From an uncultured Acidimicrobiia bacterium (GTDB lineage: Bacteria; Actinomycetota; Acidimicrobiia; IMCC26256; JAENVU01): DNA of 64,000 bases. Position numbers and translations under genes: made by a program. The notes below the pieces were generated by a model. That model had not been told where the DNA came from and did no database searches. It worked only from the letters and a program-made list of their open reading frames with translations. Location of the stretch: assembly GCA_963805415.1 (NCBI GenBank), contig CAWDUD010000005.1, positions 434,455 to 498,454 on the forward strand. The letters run 5' to 3'. Shown here in pieces: positions 33,091-43,083 of the stretch (within the stretch, counting starts at the first letter, position 1; every line of letters begins with the position of its first letter).

Positions 33091-34262
33091 CGGTCGACGC
33101 CCAGGACGGCGATGCTGCCGTCGCCGAAGTCGCCCCAGCCGGTCACCAGCCCGAGCTCGGCGCCGGGAACCTGCAGCGCGGCGTCGCCGCGGAGCTGGCG
33201 GACGGACTCGACCACGTGGTTCATCCCCCACATGTGACCCTGCGACAGGAGTCCACCGTGGGTGTTGGTGGGCAGCGCACCGTCGATGCGGAGCCGCCCG
33301 TCGCGCACGAACGCGCCCGCCTCCCCCCGCCCGCAGAGACCGAGCGCCTCGAGCTGGAGCAGCACGACGTAGGTGAAGCAGTCGTAGATCTCGCAGAAGT
33401 CCACGTCGGTCGCGTCCACGCCGGCCATCGCGAACGCGCGGGGCGCCGCGTCGGTGAGACCGATGTGGAACAGGTCGGGGCGGTTGGCGATGTCGTCCGC
33501 CGGTGACGGGTGGCCCTCCCCCACACCCAGGATCACCGCCGGTGGACGCGCGAGGTCACGCGCCCGCTCGGTGGTCGTCACGATCACCGCGGCGGCGCAG
33601 TCGGTCTCGACGCAGCAGTCGAAGCGACGGAACGGCTCGCTGACCCAGGCACTGGCGAGGTAGTCGTTCATCGTGAGCTCGCGGCCACGCATCAGGGCCT
33701 TGGGATGGTGGTGCGCGTGCTCACGGAACGCGAGCGCGATCTCGCCGAGATCGGTCTCGAGCGTGCCGTACAGCTGCTGGTGCCGCGTCGCGATCCAGCC
33801 GTAGAACTGCGCGGCCGACCGCGCGCCGTAGGGCAGGTAGAAGTCCACGAGCACGTCGGCGACCGCGTTGGCGTCCATGCCCCGCCGCGGGGTGCGGGCA
33901 CCCGGACGGTGACGGAATGCGGAGTAGCCGTTCCACCCGACGACCACGAGGACGTGCTCGGCGACGCCGGCGGCCACGGCGATCGCCGCGTTCTGCACCG
34001 CCGCGACCGACGACGCGCCACCCATGTGGACCGTCGCCGAGTAGGCGACCGAGGGGATGCCGAGGTTCGCCGCCAGCTCCTCGACGGTCGTGTACCCGGG
34101 CGGCGGGACCACACCGTCGATGTCGGCGACGGCGAGTCCGGCGTCGGCAATCGCCTCCTGGGCCACGCGCAGCATCATCTCGACCGGCAGCTCGTCGGCG
34201 CCGCGGAGGTACTCGGTCTCGGCGATGCCGACGATCGCCGCCCGTCCGCGGAGGCCCGTCAC
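33087..34262 (-). CDS. Thiolase-like lipid-transfer protein (SCP-x/Ltp type)
   Basis: Part of ORF 33087..34463, starting at GTG 34262: [11 protein letters not shown]...[29 protein letters not shown]...[20 protein letters not shown]...[20 protein letters not shown]. The arrangement with DUF35 downstream is the usual pair. Confidence 0.8.
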   Translation of the reverse strand: MTGLRGRAAIVGIAETEYLRGADELPVEMMLRVAQEAIADAGLAVADIDGVVPPPGYTTVEELAANLGIPSVAYSATVHMGGASSVAAVQNAAIAVAAGVAEHVLVVVGWNGYSAFRHRPGARTPRRGMDANAVADVLVDFYLPYGARSAAQFYGWIATRHQQLYGTLETDLGEIALAFREHAHHHPKALMRGRELTMNDYLASAWVSEPFRRFDCCVETDCAAAVIVTTTERARDLARPPAVILGVGEGHPSPADDIANRPDLFHIGLTDAAPRAFAMAGVDATDVDFCEIYDCFTYVVLLQLEALGLCGRGEAGAFVRDGRLRIDGALPTNTHGGLLSQGHMWGMNHVVESVRQLRGDAALQVPGAELGLVTGWGDFGDGSIAVLGVDR

Positions 34263-34572
34263 AGCTGCACCAGCTCGAACTCGACGGCGTACTCGACCCC
34301 GACGGCCTCGCCGGCGGACCGGGCATGGCCACGCAGGAACGGGTCCGGGTCGGTCGTCGTCGTCCCCGAGCCCGGCGAGGTACGCCCGGTGCTCCGCGAG
34401 CGACGCCACGCCGCGGTCGATGGTGGCCGAGACGTCCACGAAGTGGGACGGGGTCGGCGGCACGCCGACGGCGGCCCAGCGGACGCCGCTCCAGGGTTCG
34501 AGCCCCTCGTCGAGCAGCTCGGTGAAGACCCACCGGTTCCCGGCATCTCGCGCCGCGTCGAATGGGTTCGGC
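34259..34572 (-). pseudogene. 5'-truncated, frameshifted hypothetical gene cut by the breakpoint
   Basis: Reading: [69 protein letters not shown], then (other frame) [30 protein letters not shown]-stop (34261-34259, a GTGA overlap with the next gene). Upstream it hits an in-frame TAG (34574-34572) with no start codon. I do not recognise the family. Confidence 0.4.
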
Positions 34573-34602
34573 TACGGCGCGAGGCCCAGAAGAAAAAGTA
34601 AC
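34572..34602. other. Compositional and taxonomic breakpoint (probable chimeric join)
   Basis: To the left are GC3-saturated actinobacterial-type genes. To the right come an A-rich 'agaagaaaaagtaac' and then recX with clearly lower GC3. The left gene loses its 5' end here. Confidence 0.7.
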
Positions 34603-35235
34603 ATGGCGTTTCGCACACCCAAGCCGCTCGACATCGAAGGTTTGATGGACTACGCGGCGCGGGCTCTTTCGGTCCGCGGGTACACGGTGTCCGAGCTCAA
34701 AACGCGCCTGAAGAAACGCGCGGCGCGGGCGGAAGATGTCGAAGTGGTGCTCGGTCGCCTCAAGGACGCTGGCGTGGTGAACGATCGCCGCTTCGCTGGC
34801 ACTTTCGCCGAATGGCGCCGGGAAAGCCAGGGGATGGGGAAGACTCGCGTGCTGCGCGATCTGATGGCTCGGCGCGTCGCGCCCGGGGTGGCGAAAGAGG
34901 CGGTGGATGCGGCCTTCGAAGGGGTCGATGAGACGGCCATGATCCAGGCGTTTCTGGAGCGCAAGTATCGAGGTAAGGATCTCGGGGCGTTGCTGCAGGA
35001 CCAGAAGCAGCTAGCATCGGCGTTCCGCAAATTGCGGGGCGCGGGATTCAGTACCGGCAACTCGATTCGCGTGCTGAAACGCTACGCTGCGGAAGCGGAG
35101 CGGCTGGAAGAGATGGAAGACGATAGCGGGGGTAACGCCAGCGCCACGATTGTGCGGATCGATAGCGTAGGCTGGGACTCTAGATCAGGCTGGGGCTTGC
35201 CCGTTTGCGGGACGTATCATTCGCGCTCTGGTTAG
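34603..35235 (+). CDS. recX: Regulatory protein RecX
   Basis: MAFRTPKPLDIEGLMDYAARALSVRGYTVSELKTRLKKRAARAEDVEVVLGRLKDAGVVNDRRFAGTFAEWR... shows the three-repeat RecX pattern. It is the C-terminal part of ORF 34057..35235. The last 30 or so residues may not be conserved. Confidence 0.8.
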   Translation: MAFRTPKPLDIEGLMDYAARALSVRGYTVSELKTRLKKRAARAEDVEVVLGRLKDAGVVNDRRFAGTFAEWRRESQGMGKTRVLRDLMARRVAPGVAKEAVDAAFEGVDETAMIQAFLERKYRGKDLGALLQDQKQLASAFRKLRGAGFSTGNSIRVLKRYAAEAERLEEMEDDSGGNASATIVRIDSVGWDSRSGWGLPVCGTYHSRSG

Positions 35236-35662
35236 GCTGGACTTCCGAAGATTTTCCATTTGTCTCTGTATCGAAGAACCGATTCTTGCGTCACTTCATA
35301 CCATATAGAGTGTCGCCTCCGACGCTCGCGGGTGAACTTGGCTAACCTGACACTGGAGACGACGAAAAACTCTGGGGCTCTGGCTCGGCTTTGCCCCGCT
35401 TCTGCCTGAGGTTGACTAGAACGTAGATGTGGCTTCGCGCGTTGAGGTTGAGGGCGTTCTTTCCGACAAGCCAGAATCCAAACGTTCTTGCATTGGTCTT
35501 GACCTGAACCGAGAATGCCCTTGAACAGGAATGGTTTGTCACCAGTAAATCCGCACCCGCCGCGCTTCGCGACGTGGGGGAGACGATGAACCCCAAGCGC
35601 GAGAGTTCCGCCGCCACCAAATATACGCCCCGCATCCCGGTGATTTGGCCTTTTGATGGCAT
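35232..35662 (-). pseudogene. Small PD-(D/E)xK nuclease-like protein (one frameshift near 35385)
   Basis: ORF 35342..35662 reads GQITGMRGVYLVAAELSRLGFIVSPTSRSAAGADLLVTNHSCSRAFSVQVKTNA...SHIYVLV. This fits the G-x-x-G-x-x-x-V-x-x-E-L-x-x-x-G ... D-L-L-V ... VQVK pattern of small restriction-endonuclease-fold families (DUF4365/PF11645-like). The C-terminus EFFVVSSVRLAKF...RYRDKWKIFG is in the frame of ORF 35232..35675. Confidence 0.4.
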
Positions 35663-35760
35663 AGGTGCCCCTCAACTTGATGCTTTAGCGCCCAGGCCAT
35701 TATAGGCCACAGCGAACACTCAGGCGCGAGGACGGCGAACGCAGCGTCGCGGCCCGCCCT

Positions 35761-35849
35761 GTGGGGCAGGATTGCATCCTGCTCGCGGGTTTGTAACCCT
35801 CGCACGGCGCCGATTGGAAATCGGCGCGCAGGTTGAAAACCTGCCCCAC
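35761..35849. repeat. REP/MITE-like structured element: four consecutive hairpins bounded by 10-nt inverted repeats
   Basis: The termini gtggggcagg (35761-35770) and cctgccccac (35840-35849) are exact reverse complements. Internal hairpins: gcaggat-tgc-atcctgc (35766-35782); gggtt-tgt-aaccc with flanking pairs (35784-35802); gcgccgat-tggaa-atcggcgc (35807-35827); gcaggt-tgaaa-acctgc (35828-35844). Confidence 0.6.
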
Positions 35850-35856
35850 TCACTGC

Positions 35857-35911
35857 TTGACCGCGATCCTCGTAATGTATTATTATTCAGTCGACTGCAT
35901 AATCATTCACT
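35857..35911 (+). promoter_or_regulatory. Putative argF promoter overlapped by two tandem ARG boxes (ArgR operator)
   Basis: TTGACC (35857-35862) is followed 15-18 nt later by TATTAT. Box 1 aatgtattattattcagt (35874-35891) matches 14 of 16 defined positions of TNTGAATWWWWATTCANW. Box 2 actgcataatcattcact (35894-35911) matches 12 of 16. The 2-nt spacer fits the classical pair. argR closes the operon. Confidence 0.6.
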
Positions 35912-35965
35912 GTGGAGACTTCCGTGGCCGCATCGAGCTTCGCCGAACCGGGGTTTACTAAAACG

Positions 35966-36855
35966 ATGGTCCAGCACCTGACCCAGGACTTGGATTTGTC
36001 CCAGGATGCGCTGGTCCGCGTTCTCGACCTGGCCGCCCAGGTCAAGCGTACCCCGCAGCGCTTTTCGCAGGCGCTGGCCGGGCGCTACATCAGCTTGCTG
36101 TTCGAAAAGCCGTCGCTGCGGACACGGGTCACTTTCGAGCTGGCGATCAAACAGCTTGGCGGCGATTCCGTCACCTCCGTCGGCTCCGTCGGCGAGCGCG
36201 AGCCGGTCAAGGACGTCGTCCGGAATCTGGACCGCTGGACGCAGGCAATCGTGGCGCGGGTGTTCTCGCAGGACACGTGAAAGATCTCGCAAAATGGTCG
36301 CATGTGCCGGTGATCAACGCTCTGAGCGACCTGTATCATCCCTGCCAGGCGCTGGCCGACGTGCAGACGATCAAGGAACGCTTCGGCCGATGGGACGGGC
36401 TCAAGCTGGCGTACGTCGGCGACGGTAACAACGTGGCGCATTCACTGATGCTGACGGCAGGGCGGCTGGGAATGCATGTCGCCGTCGCGACGCCCAAGGG
36501 TATGAGCCGAAGCCGCATGGTGACCGAGGCGGCGAGCCGGCTGGGACGGATCAGCCTCACCAACGATCCTCTGGAAGCCGTGGACGGCGCGCACGCGGTC
36601 TACACCGACGTGTGGGCCAGCATGGGCCACGAAGGCGAAAAGGAAGCCCGGCTGCAAACATTTCCTCCCTATCGCGTGGATGAGGCGCTGATGTCCAAGG
36701 CGCGGCCGGATGCCATCTTTATGCACTGCCTGCCCGCTCATCGCGGCGAGGAAACCACCGACGCTGTGATGGAATCGGCGCACTCGGTGGTGTTCGATCA
36801 GGCCGAGAATCGCCTGCACGCCCAAAAGGGACTGTTGCTCGCATTGCTGGGATAA
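35966..36855 (+). pseudogene. argF: Ornithine carbamoyltransferase (1-nt deletion at 36277)
   Basis: SLLFEKPSLRTRVTFE (carbamoyl-phosphate site) lies in ORF 35912..36280. HVPVINALSDLYHPCQALAD and HCLPAHRGEE lie in ORF 36277..36855. FSQDT-TGA / GTG-KDLAKWS join if one G is added (acg gtg). Confidence 0.9.
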
Positions 36856-36893
36856 CGACGCCGGGCTGACCGCAACATTTACAATTTAGACTT

Positions 36894-38129
36894 ATGCAAA
36901 AACCCAAGAAGGTAGCGCTCGCCTACTCCGGCGGACTGGACACATCGATCATCATTCCATGGCTCAAGGAACACTACGACTGCCAGGTCGTCGCCGTGTG
37001 CGGCGATATCGGGCAGGGCGGTGAAGAGCTGTCGGGCCTGGAAGCCAAGGCGCGCAAGACCGGCGCGTCCGAAGTGCTACGTGGCGGACATGCGCGAGGA
37101 GTTCGTCTCCGAATACCTGTGGCGGATGGTGCGCGCGGGCGGCGAGTACGAGCACAAGTATCTGCTGGGCACTTCGATCGCTCGGCCGCTGCTCGCCAAG
37201 AAGCAGGTGGAAGTGGCGCTGGCGACCGGTTGCGATGCGCTGGCGCACGGCTGCACCGGCAAGGGGAACGATCAGGTCCGTTTCGAGCTGACCTACAAGG
37301 CGCTGGCGCCGCATCTGCCGGTGATCGCTCCGTGGCGCGAGTGGGACATCGTCTCGCGCGAGGATGCGATCGCCTACGCGGCCAAGCACAAGATGCCCGA
37401 TCGCGCAGACCACCAAGAAGATCTACAGCCGCGACCGCAATATCTGGCACATCTCGCACGAGGGCGGGGCACTGGAAGATCCCGCCAACGCTGCTCCGGA
37501 CGACGTCTGGATGCTCACCAAGAGTCCCAGGAAAGCTCCCGACAAGCCGACCGACGTGACCATCGGATTCGAAGCAGGGCAACCCGGTTTCCGTGAACGG
37601 CAAGAAGGCGTCCGCCGTGGCGCTGCTCGAACAACTGAACAAGATCGCCGGCGACAACGGCGTGGGGCGGATCGACCTGGTGGAGAATCGCTTCGTCGGG
37701 ATGAAATCGCGCGGGGCGTATGAGACTCCCGGCGGCACGCTGATCATGGCCGCGTTCCGCGAGCTGGAAGCTCTGACGCTGCCGAAAGATCTGGCGCACT
37801 ACAAGCAGAAGCTCGCGCTGGATTACGCGGAGATGGTCTACAACGGCCTGTGGTTCACGCCTCTGCGCGAGTCGCTCGACGCGTTCTTCGACGTCGCCTG
37901 CCAGAACACCACGGGCGAGGTCACGCTGCGGCTGTACAAGGGCAGCTTCCAGCCGGTGAGCCGGAAGTCGCCGTATTCGCTGTATTCGCTCGATATCGCC
38001 AGCTTCACCATGGGCGCCGAGTACGACCAGAAGGACGCACGCGGGTTCATCAACCTGATCGGGCTGCCGATCCAGGTGCGGGCGGCGGTGATGAAGGCTA
38101 ACAAGAAGTCGAAGAAGAAGACGGTATGA
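36894..38129 (+). pseudogene. argG: Argininosuccinate synthase (at least 3 frameshifts)
   Basis: [14 protein letters not shown] (ORF 36894..). [11 protein letters not shown]...[15 protein letters not shown] (ORF 37021..37596). [18 protein letters not shown] (ORF 37364..). VENRFVGMKSRGAYETPGG (ORF 37593..38129). An extra g at 37071 is visible (tcc-g-aag tgc tac gtg). Confidence 0.9.
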
Positions 38130-39519
38130 AGCTCTGGGGCGGCCGGTTTGAGGAAGGTCCCTCGGAAGTCTTCGAGCGGTTTTCCGGTTCGCTCCATTTT
38201 GACCGGAGGCTGATCGATGCGGATATCCGGGGCTCGCAGGCGTTCGCGCGGGCTCTGGAAGGCGTCGGCATTCTGAAGGCCGCGGAGCGGGCGGAACTCG
38301 TCTCGGCGTTCGATGCGATTCGGGATGAGGCTCGCAAGCGCGGAGTTCTTCGCGGGCGCAACCGACGAAGACGTCCACACGCGTGGTCATCCGCAAGCTG
38401 AAAGAGCGTGTGGGCGCGCTGGCCGACAAGATCCACACGGGCCGCAGCCGCAATGAGCAGGTGTCTCTCGATGTGCGGCTGTGGCTGCGCGAGGAGATCG
38501 ATCGGGCCACGGGTTTCCTGGGCGGACTGATGGAGGCGCTGCTCGGAGTGCGCCCAGCGCTATCCCGACGCCGTGATTCCCGGCTATACGCACATGCGGC
38601 GCGCGCAGGCGGTGCTGTGGCCGCATTATCTGCTGGCGTATTTCGAAATGTTCGCGCGGGATTTCGAGCGGCTCCAGCAGGCTCGGGCGCGCGTGAACGT
38701 GATGCCGCTGGGCAGCGGCGCGCTGGCGGGCAGCGGATTTCCGTTCGATCGCGAAGCCATGGCGCGCGATCTGGGATTCGCGGCGGTGACCAACAACAGC
38801 ATGGATGTATCGGCCGACCGCGATTTCGCGCTCGACTTTCTGTACGCGGCATCGACCACGATGCTGCACCTGAGCCGGCTGGCCGAAGACTGGATCCTCT
38901 ATTCGAGCGAGGAGTTCGGGTGGCTGGAACTGGGCGACGGCGTCACCAGCGGGTCGAGCCTGATGCCGCAGAAGAAGAATCCCGATTCGCTGGAGCTGAT
39001 CCGCGGCAAGTGCGGCCGCGTGCTGGGGTTCGCTCAGCGCGCTGTTCGTCACGATGAAGGGTCTGCCGACGACCTACAACCGCGACATGCAGGAGGACAA
39101 GGAACCGCTGTTCGAGGCGGCGGATCAACTGTGCGGGTCGCTCGAGATGGCGCGCGTGGTGGTGGATTCGGCCAAGCTCAACGCGCAGCATCCGGCGGCC
39201 GCGGCGGAGGCGAGCTGGGTGGTCGCGACGGATCTGGCGGAGGCGCTGGCTCGCAACGGGACGCCGTTTCACCAGGCGCATCAGATTGTCGGGCGGTTGG
39301 TGCTGGAGAGCGTTCGCGGCGGGAAGAAGCCCGCGGATTGGAACGCCGACGAACTGGTCGAAGTTCGCGCCGGAGTTTACTCCCGAGATGGCGAAGCTGC
39401 TGCAGCCCGCCGAGGGCATGAAGACGCGCGAGATTCGCGGCGGGACCGGTCCGAAGGCGGTGGCGGCTGCTTTGAAGGAAGCCGAGGCGCGCGTCTCGAA
39501 AGCTGCGCTCAAGCAATGA
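38126..39519 (+). pseudogene. argH: Argininosuccinate lyase (at least 5 frameshifts)
   Basis: MKLWGGRFE (ATG 38126, an ATGA overlap with argG). HTGRSRNEQV (ORF 38383..). [13 protein letters not shown] and [20 protein letters not shown] (ORF 38573..39421). [17 protein letters not shown] (ORF 39054..). The C-terminus is in ORF 39286..39519. Confidence 0.9.
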
Positions 39520-39953
39520 ACAAGAGCTACCGCCAGGGCCAGATTCTGAAGCTGGTCCGCTCGCGATCCTTGCGCACCCAGGACGAACTGGCGCGGGCGT
39601 TGCGAGCGGTCGGCATCCGAGCCACGCAGGTTACGCTGTCGCGCGATATTCGCGAGCTCGGGCTGGTGAAGACCGCCGAGGGCTACGCGCGACCCACGGA
39701 ATCCGCGGCGCCCGCCGGTCCCGACCTCGCTACGGTGCTGCGCGAGTTTCTGCTGGACGTGCGCGTCGCGCAGAATCTGCTGGTTCTGATCACGCCGCCG
39801 GCGCATGCGAACTCGGTGGCGGAAGCGCTGGATCAAGCGGCGTGGCCGGAAATCGTGGGGACCATCGCGGGGGACAATACCGTTGTGGCGATCGCGCCGA
39901 CGTCGAAGAAAGCCGTCGCGCTGCGCGAAAAGCTGATGCGGTTTTTGGGCTGA
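39516..39953 (+). CDS. argR: Arginine repressor
   Basis: The ATG overlaps the argH stop (ATGA). RQGQILKLVRSRSLRTQDELARALRAVGIRATQVTLSRDIRELGLVK is the winged-helix ArgR N-domain. GTIAGDNTVVAI is the C-terminal oligomerisation/arginine-binding motif. Intact. Confidence 0.85.
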   Translation: MNKSYRQGQILKLVRSRSLRTQDELARALRAVGIRATQVTLSRDIRELGLVKTAEGYARPTESAAPAGPDLATVLREFLLDVRVAQNLLVLITPPAHANSVAEALDQAAWPEIVGTIAGDNTVVAIAPTSKKAVALREKLMRFLG

Positions 39954-39957
39954 AGGC

Positions 39958-40592
39958 TTACTGCACGTTCGCGATCTCGCCCCACATCACCTGATAGGCT
40001 TCGATGGCTCCATACAGGTCGGGGCCGGCGCGAACAAACACGCGCGTGTTCACCATCGCCGCGGACAGCATCCTGCTGCGCGCCATCGCCCAGGTAGCGA
40101 GTGTCTTTCCGCAGCAGCAGCGTCTGCTCGCCGTCGTGTGTGCGGAGCGTGATCGACCTGGCGTCGCGCCGGATGATGACGCCCGAAATCGTCCGGTCGC
40201 CGTGAGGTAAGTCGAACGTCGGGCGGGCGGCCGCCGCGGGTTTCACGCGCCTGGGAGGACCAGCGGGCGGAACCACGTCCAGCATGCGGATGTAGCAATC
40301 GCGCGAACCAGGCTTGTGGTCGGTGATGATCTCCAGGGGATCGCCGGGCTCGAGTTTCGTCACCGGGACGCGCCGGCGGGAGAGCTGGAGGATGCTCAGG
40401 GAATCGTATCCGCAGCCTTCCACGATGCCGGCGGCATTGCGCGCCAGCAGCACGCCCTTGACCGGCGAGCCTTCCCAGCTGACCATGTGGCCGTGAAACA
40501 AGCCCTTCGGCATATCGGCCGGCGGCACACAGCGGCGCGATGGCTACCACGATGGCGATCGCGCGAGAAAGGCGCATGGTCACGCTCATCAT
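39958..40592 (-). pseudogene. Secreted hypothetical protein (2 frameshifts)
   Basis: Signal-like MRLSRAIAIVVAIAPLCAA (ORF 40050..40592). Then PADMPKGLFHGHMVSWEGSPVKGVLLARNAAGIVEGCGYDSLSILQL...ITLRTHDGEQTLLLRKDTRYLGDG (ORF 39833..40528). Then VFVRAGPDLYGAIEAYQVMWGEIANVQ-stop (39960-39958) in a third frame. I do not recognise the family. Confidence 0.45.
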
Positions 40593-40613
40593 ACGACCCT
40601 GCCATTATACAAT

Positions 40614-41668
40614 TTGAGATTGACATCATTTCTTGAGCAGGCGGGTTGCTGGTTCTTGCACTCCGGAATTCAGGAGAGCGACGGTGGGGTTGCCCGCTTC
40701 TATCGGTCTGATTCCGCAACCAACGCCGCTGTTTCGACCGAGATTACGGGATACGCGGCGAGCGCGCTCGCGTACCTGCACGCCCGCACCGGCAAGCAGG
40801 AGTATCTGGACGCGGCGGTGCGCGCGGCGCGTTATTTGACGCGACCAGGCGTGGGACGGCGCGGCGTCCACGTTCCCGTTCGAGCCCGGATCGGATCGCG
40901 CGTATTTCTTCGATATCGGAATCATCGTGCGCGGGCTGCTCGCGGTGTGGCGCGCGACGGGCGAAGAGGAGTTCCGTACGCGGGCGCAGGAAGCGGCTCT
41001 GTCCCTGGCGTTCGATTTTCTGGGCGACGGCGTGTTTCATCCTGTGATTTCGCTGCCGGACAAGCAGCCGCTGCGCTGAAGAACCCCGTTGGTCGCGCAA
41101 ACCGGGATGTTATCAGTTGAAGTCGGCGCTGGCGTGGCGCGAGATCGGCGATCCGCATGCCCGGCAGATGTTCGATGCGGCGGTCAGTGTTCGCGCTCGC
41201 GAGCCATGAGACGTTTCTTGCGGAAGAAAAGGATCGCGAGAAGGTCATGGACCGGCTGCACGCCTATTGCTACTTCCTGGAGGCGCTGCTGTTCACATCG
41301 GATTCACGCGATGCCCTGGCTTCCGGCGTCAAACGCGTCGGGACAACTCTTGCGGGAGATCGGGCCGTCGTTCGAGCGCTCCGACGTGAATGCGCAACTG
41401 CTGCGGGTCCGGCTGATCGCGCATCATCTTGGCATGGTCGCGTTGGATGAGAACGCGGCGCGGGAAGAAGCCTCGCACGCTGCGTCCTTCCAGGCGTTGG
41501 ATGTCGCCGATCGTGCGGCTGCGCGGCGGCTTCTGGTTCGGGCGAAAGGGTGAGCAGATGCTGCCGTTTTCGAATCCCGTGTCGACGGCGTTCTGTCTGC
41601 AGGCGCTCGCGCTGTGGGACGACCATCAAACGGGGCGCTGGAGCTTTGAGCTCCCACAACTGATTTGA
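40614..41668 (+). pseudogene. Hypothetical protein, possibly alpha/alpha-toroid (prenyltransferase/terpene-cyclase-like) fold; several frameshifts
   Basis: WFLHSGIQESDGGVARFYRSD...STEITGYAASALAYLHARTGKQEYLDAAVRAARYL (ORF 40614..). Later blocks lie in other frames: YFFDIGIIVRGLLAVWRATGEEEF; DRLHAYCYFLEALLF; PFSNPVSTAFCLQALALW. The fold assignment is tentative. Confidence 0.4.
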
Positions 41669-43030
41669 CACTGCAAGTCAAAGTTCTCTTCGCTTCCGCG
41701 TCGGATCCCGTGGTCGCGCTGGCGATCGAACGGTTCCGGCTATCTTTCCCGAACTTCCGTTGGTGGTGGTGTCGGAGTTTGCGCCGTGAGCGATGCGGAA
41801 TGGATTCCGTATCACATCCGCCGGACGTGGAAGGAGAATCGCGATCTGATTCAGGCGCGGCTGGCAGGGCGGCGTGTCCGGCTGGCGGCCGTGATTCTGG
41901 AGCCGCGCATCCCGCACTGGCGCCTGCGGGCCTTGGGATTCGCGACTCGCGCCGCTCCATTTCCTGGCGTTCAACGAAACGGGCGAGCACTTCATGCTGC
42001 GGCCCGCGACAGCGTTCCCACGATGCTGCGGCACGTGACGTGGCGCGCGAAGAATCTGGTGCGAAACCAGCGTCAGCCCGAGTCGAGCGACGTATCGCGC
42101 GATGGAGTGGGTTCGTAAGCCGGAGAAGTTCCGCCTGTCGATGCTGTACCGGATGGCGATGGCGCGCGGGCGGACTGCTTTCCCGATCACGTCCCGTGAT
42201 CCAGCCACGTCGCATTCGCGAGAATCAGCGGCCGCGAGGCATCTCCGTGGTGATCCCTTCGCGGAACGGGCGCGAGCTGCTGGAACAGTGCCTGCCCGGC
42301 ATTCAGGACGCGGACGAGATCATCGTGGTCGACAACGGCTCGGACGACGGTACGGCGGAGTATCTCGGACGGTCTTGGCCGAAGGTTGTCGATCGAGCAC
42401 AGTCCGCAGCCGCTGGCGTTCTCCGTGGCGGTGAATCGCGGCATCCGGCGCGCCCGCTTCTCGCATGTGTGCGTGCTCAATAACGACATGCGTGTCGAGG
42501 GCGGCTTCTTTCCGGCGCTGCTGCGGCCGTTTGAGACCGTCCCGGATCTGTTCTGTTCCACCGCGCAGATCTTCCTTCCCGAAGGCCGGCGGCGCGAGGA
42601 GACCGGCAAGACGGTGATGAATCCTGCGCCCGGCGTGACCGAGTTCCCGGTGCGCTGCGACATTCCACTGGAGGGCGAAGATCACAGCTACGTTCTGTAC
42701 GGGAGCGGCGGATGCAGCTCTGTACGACGCGGCGAAGCTGGAAGCACTGGGCGGGTTCGACGAAGTGTACCAGCCGGCGTATGTGGAGGATCTCGATCTC
42801 GGCGTGCGCGCGTGGCTGCGTGGCTGGCCGAGCGTCTACTGCGCCGGGGCGCGCGTGCTGCACGAGCATCGGGCGACGACGTCGCGATACTTCTCGCCGG
42901 AGGATCTGGATCGGGCGCTGGAGATCAACTACGTCCAGTTCCTGGCGCGCGCCGTCGGCGATCCCGAGACGTTCTCGCGCCTGTGGCAGCACAATGTGCT
43001 GCGGCTGAAGGCTCTCGAAAAGGAAGCTGC
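41665..43030 (+). pseudogene. Family-2 glycosyltransferase with N-terminal extension (several frameshifts; may be fused to the next GT)
   Basis: ISVVIPSRNGRELLEQCLPGIQDADEIIVVDNGSDDGT (ORF 41665..42483). SVAVNRGIRRARFSHVCVLNNDMRVE (ORF 42386..). FDEVYQPAYVEDLDLGVRAWLRGW (ORF 42765..), carrying DxD and ED motifs of GT2. The end is not resolvable because of indels. Confidence 0.7.
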
Positions 43031-43083
43031 GCTTGTCGGCCGCTGCGCATCAGACAGCGGTTGCAGCCGCTCCGACGGGAGAC

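Noticed and set aside
34540-34610. Interpreting the GC/taxonomy switch as a horizontally acquired genomic island boundary
   Set aside because: There is no tRNA or attachment site, integrase, transposase, direct repeats or flanking core-gene continuity. Both sides are about 30 kb of ordinary chromosomal genes from different phyla, and a gene is cut without a start. A chimeric join is far more parsimonious.
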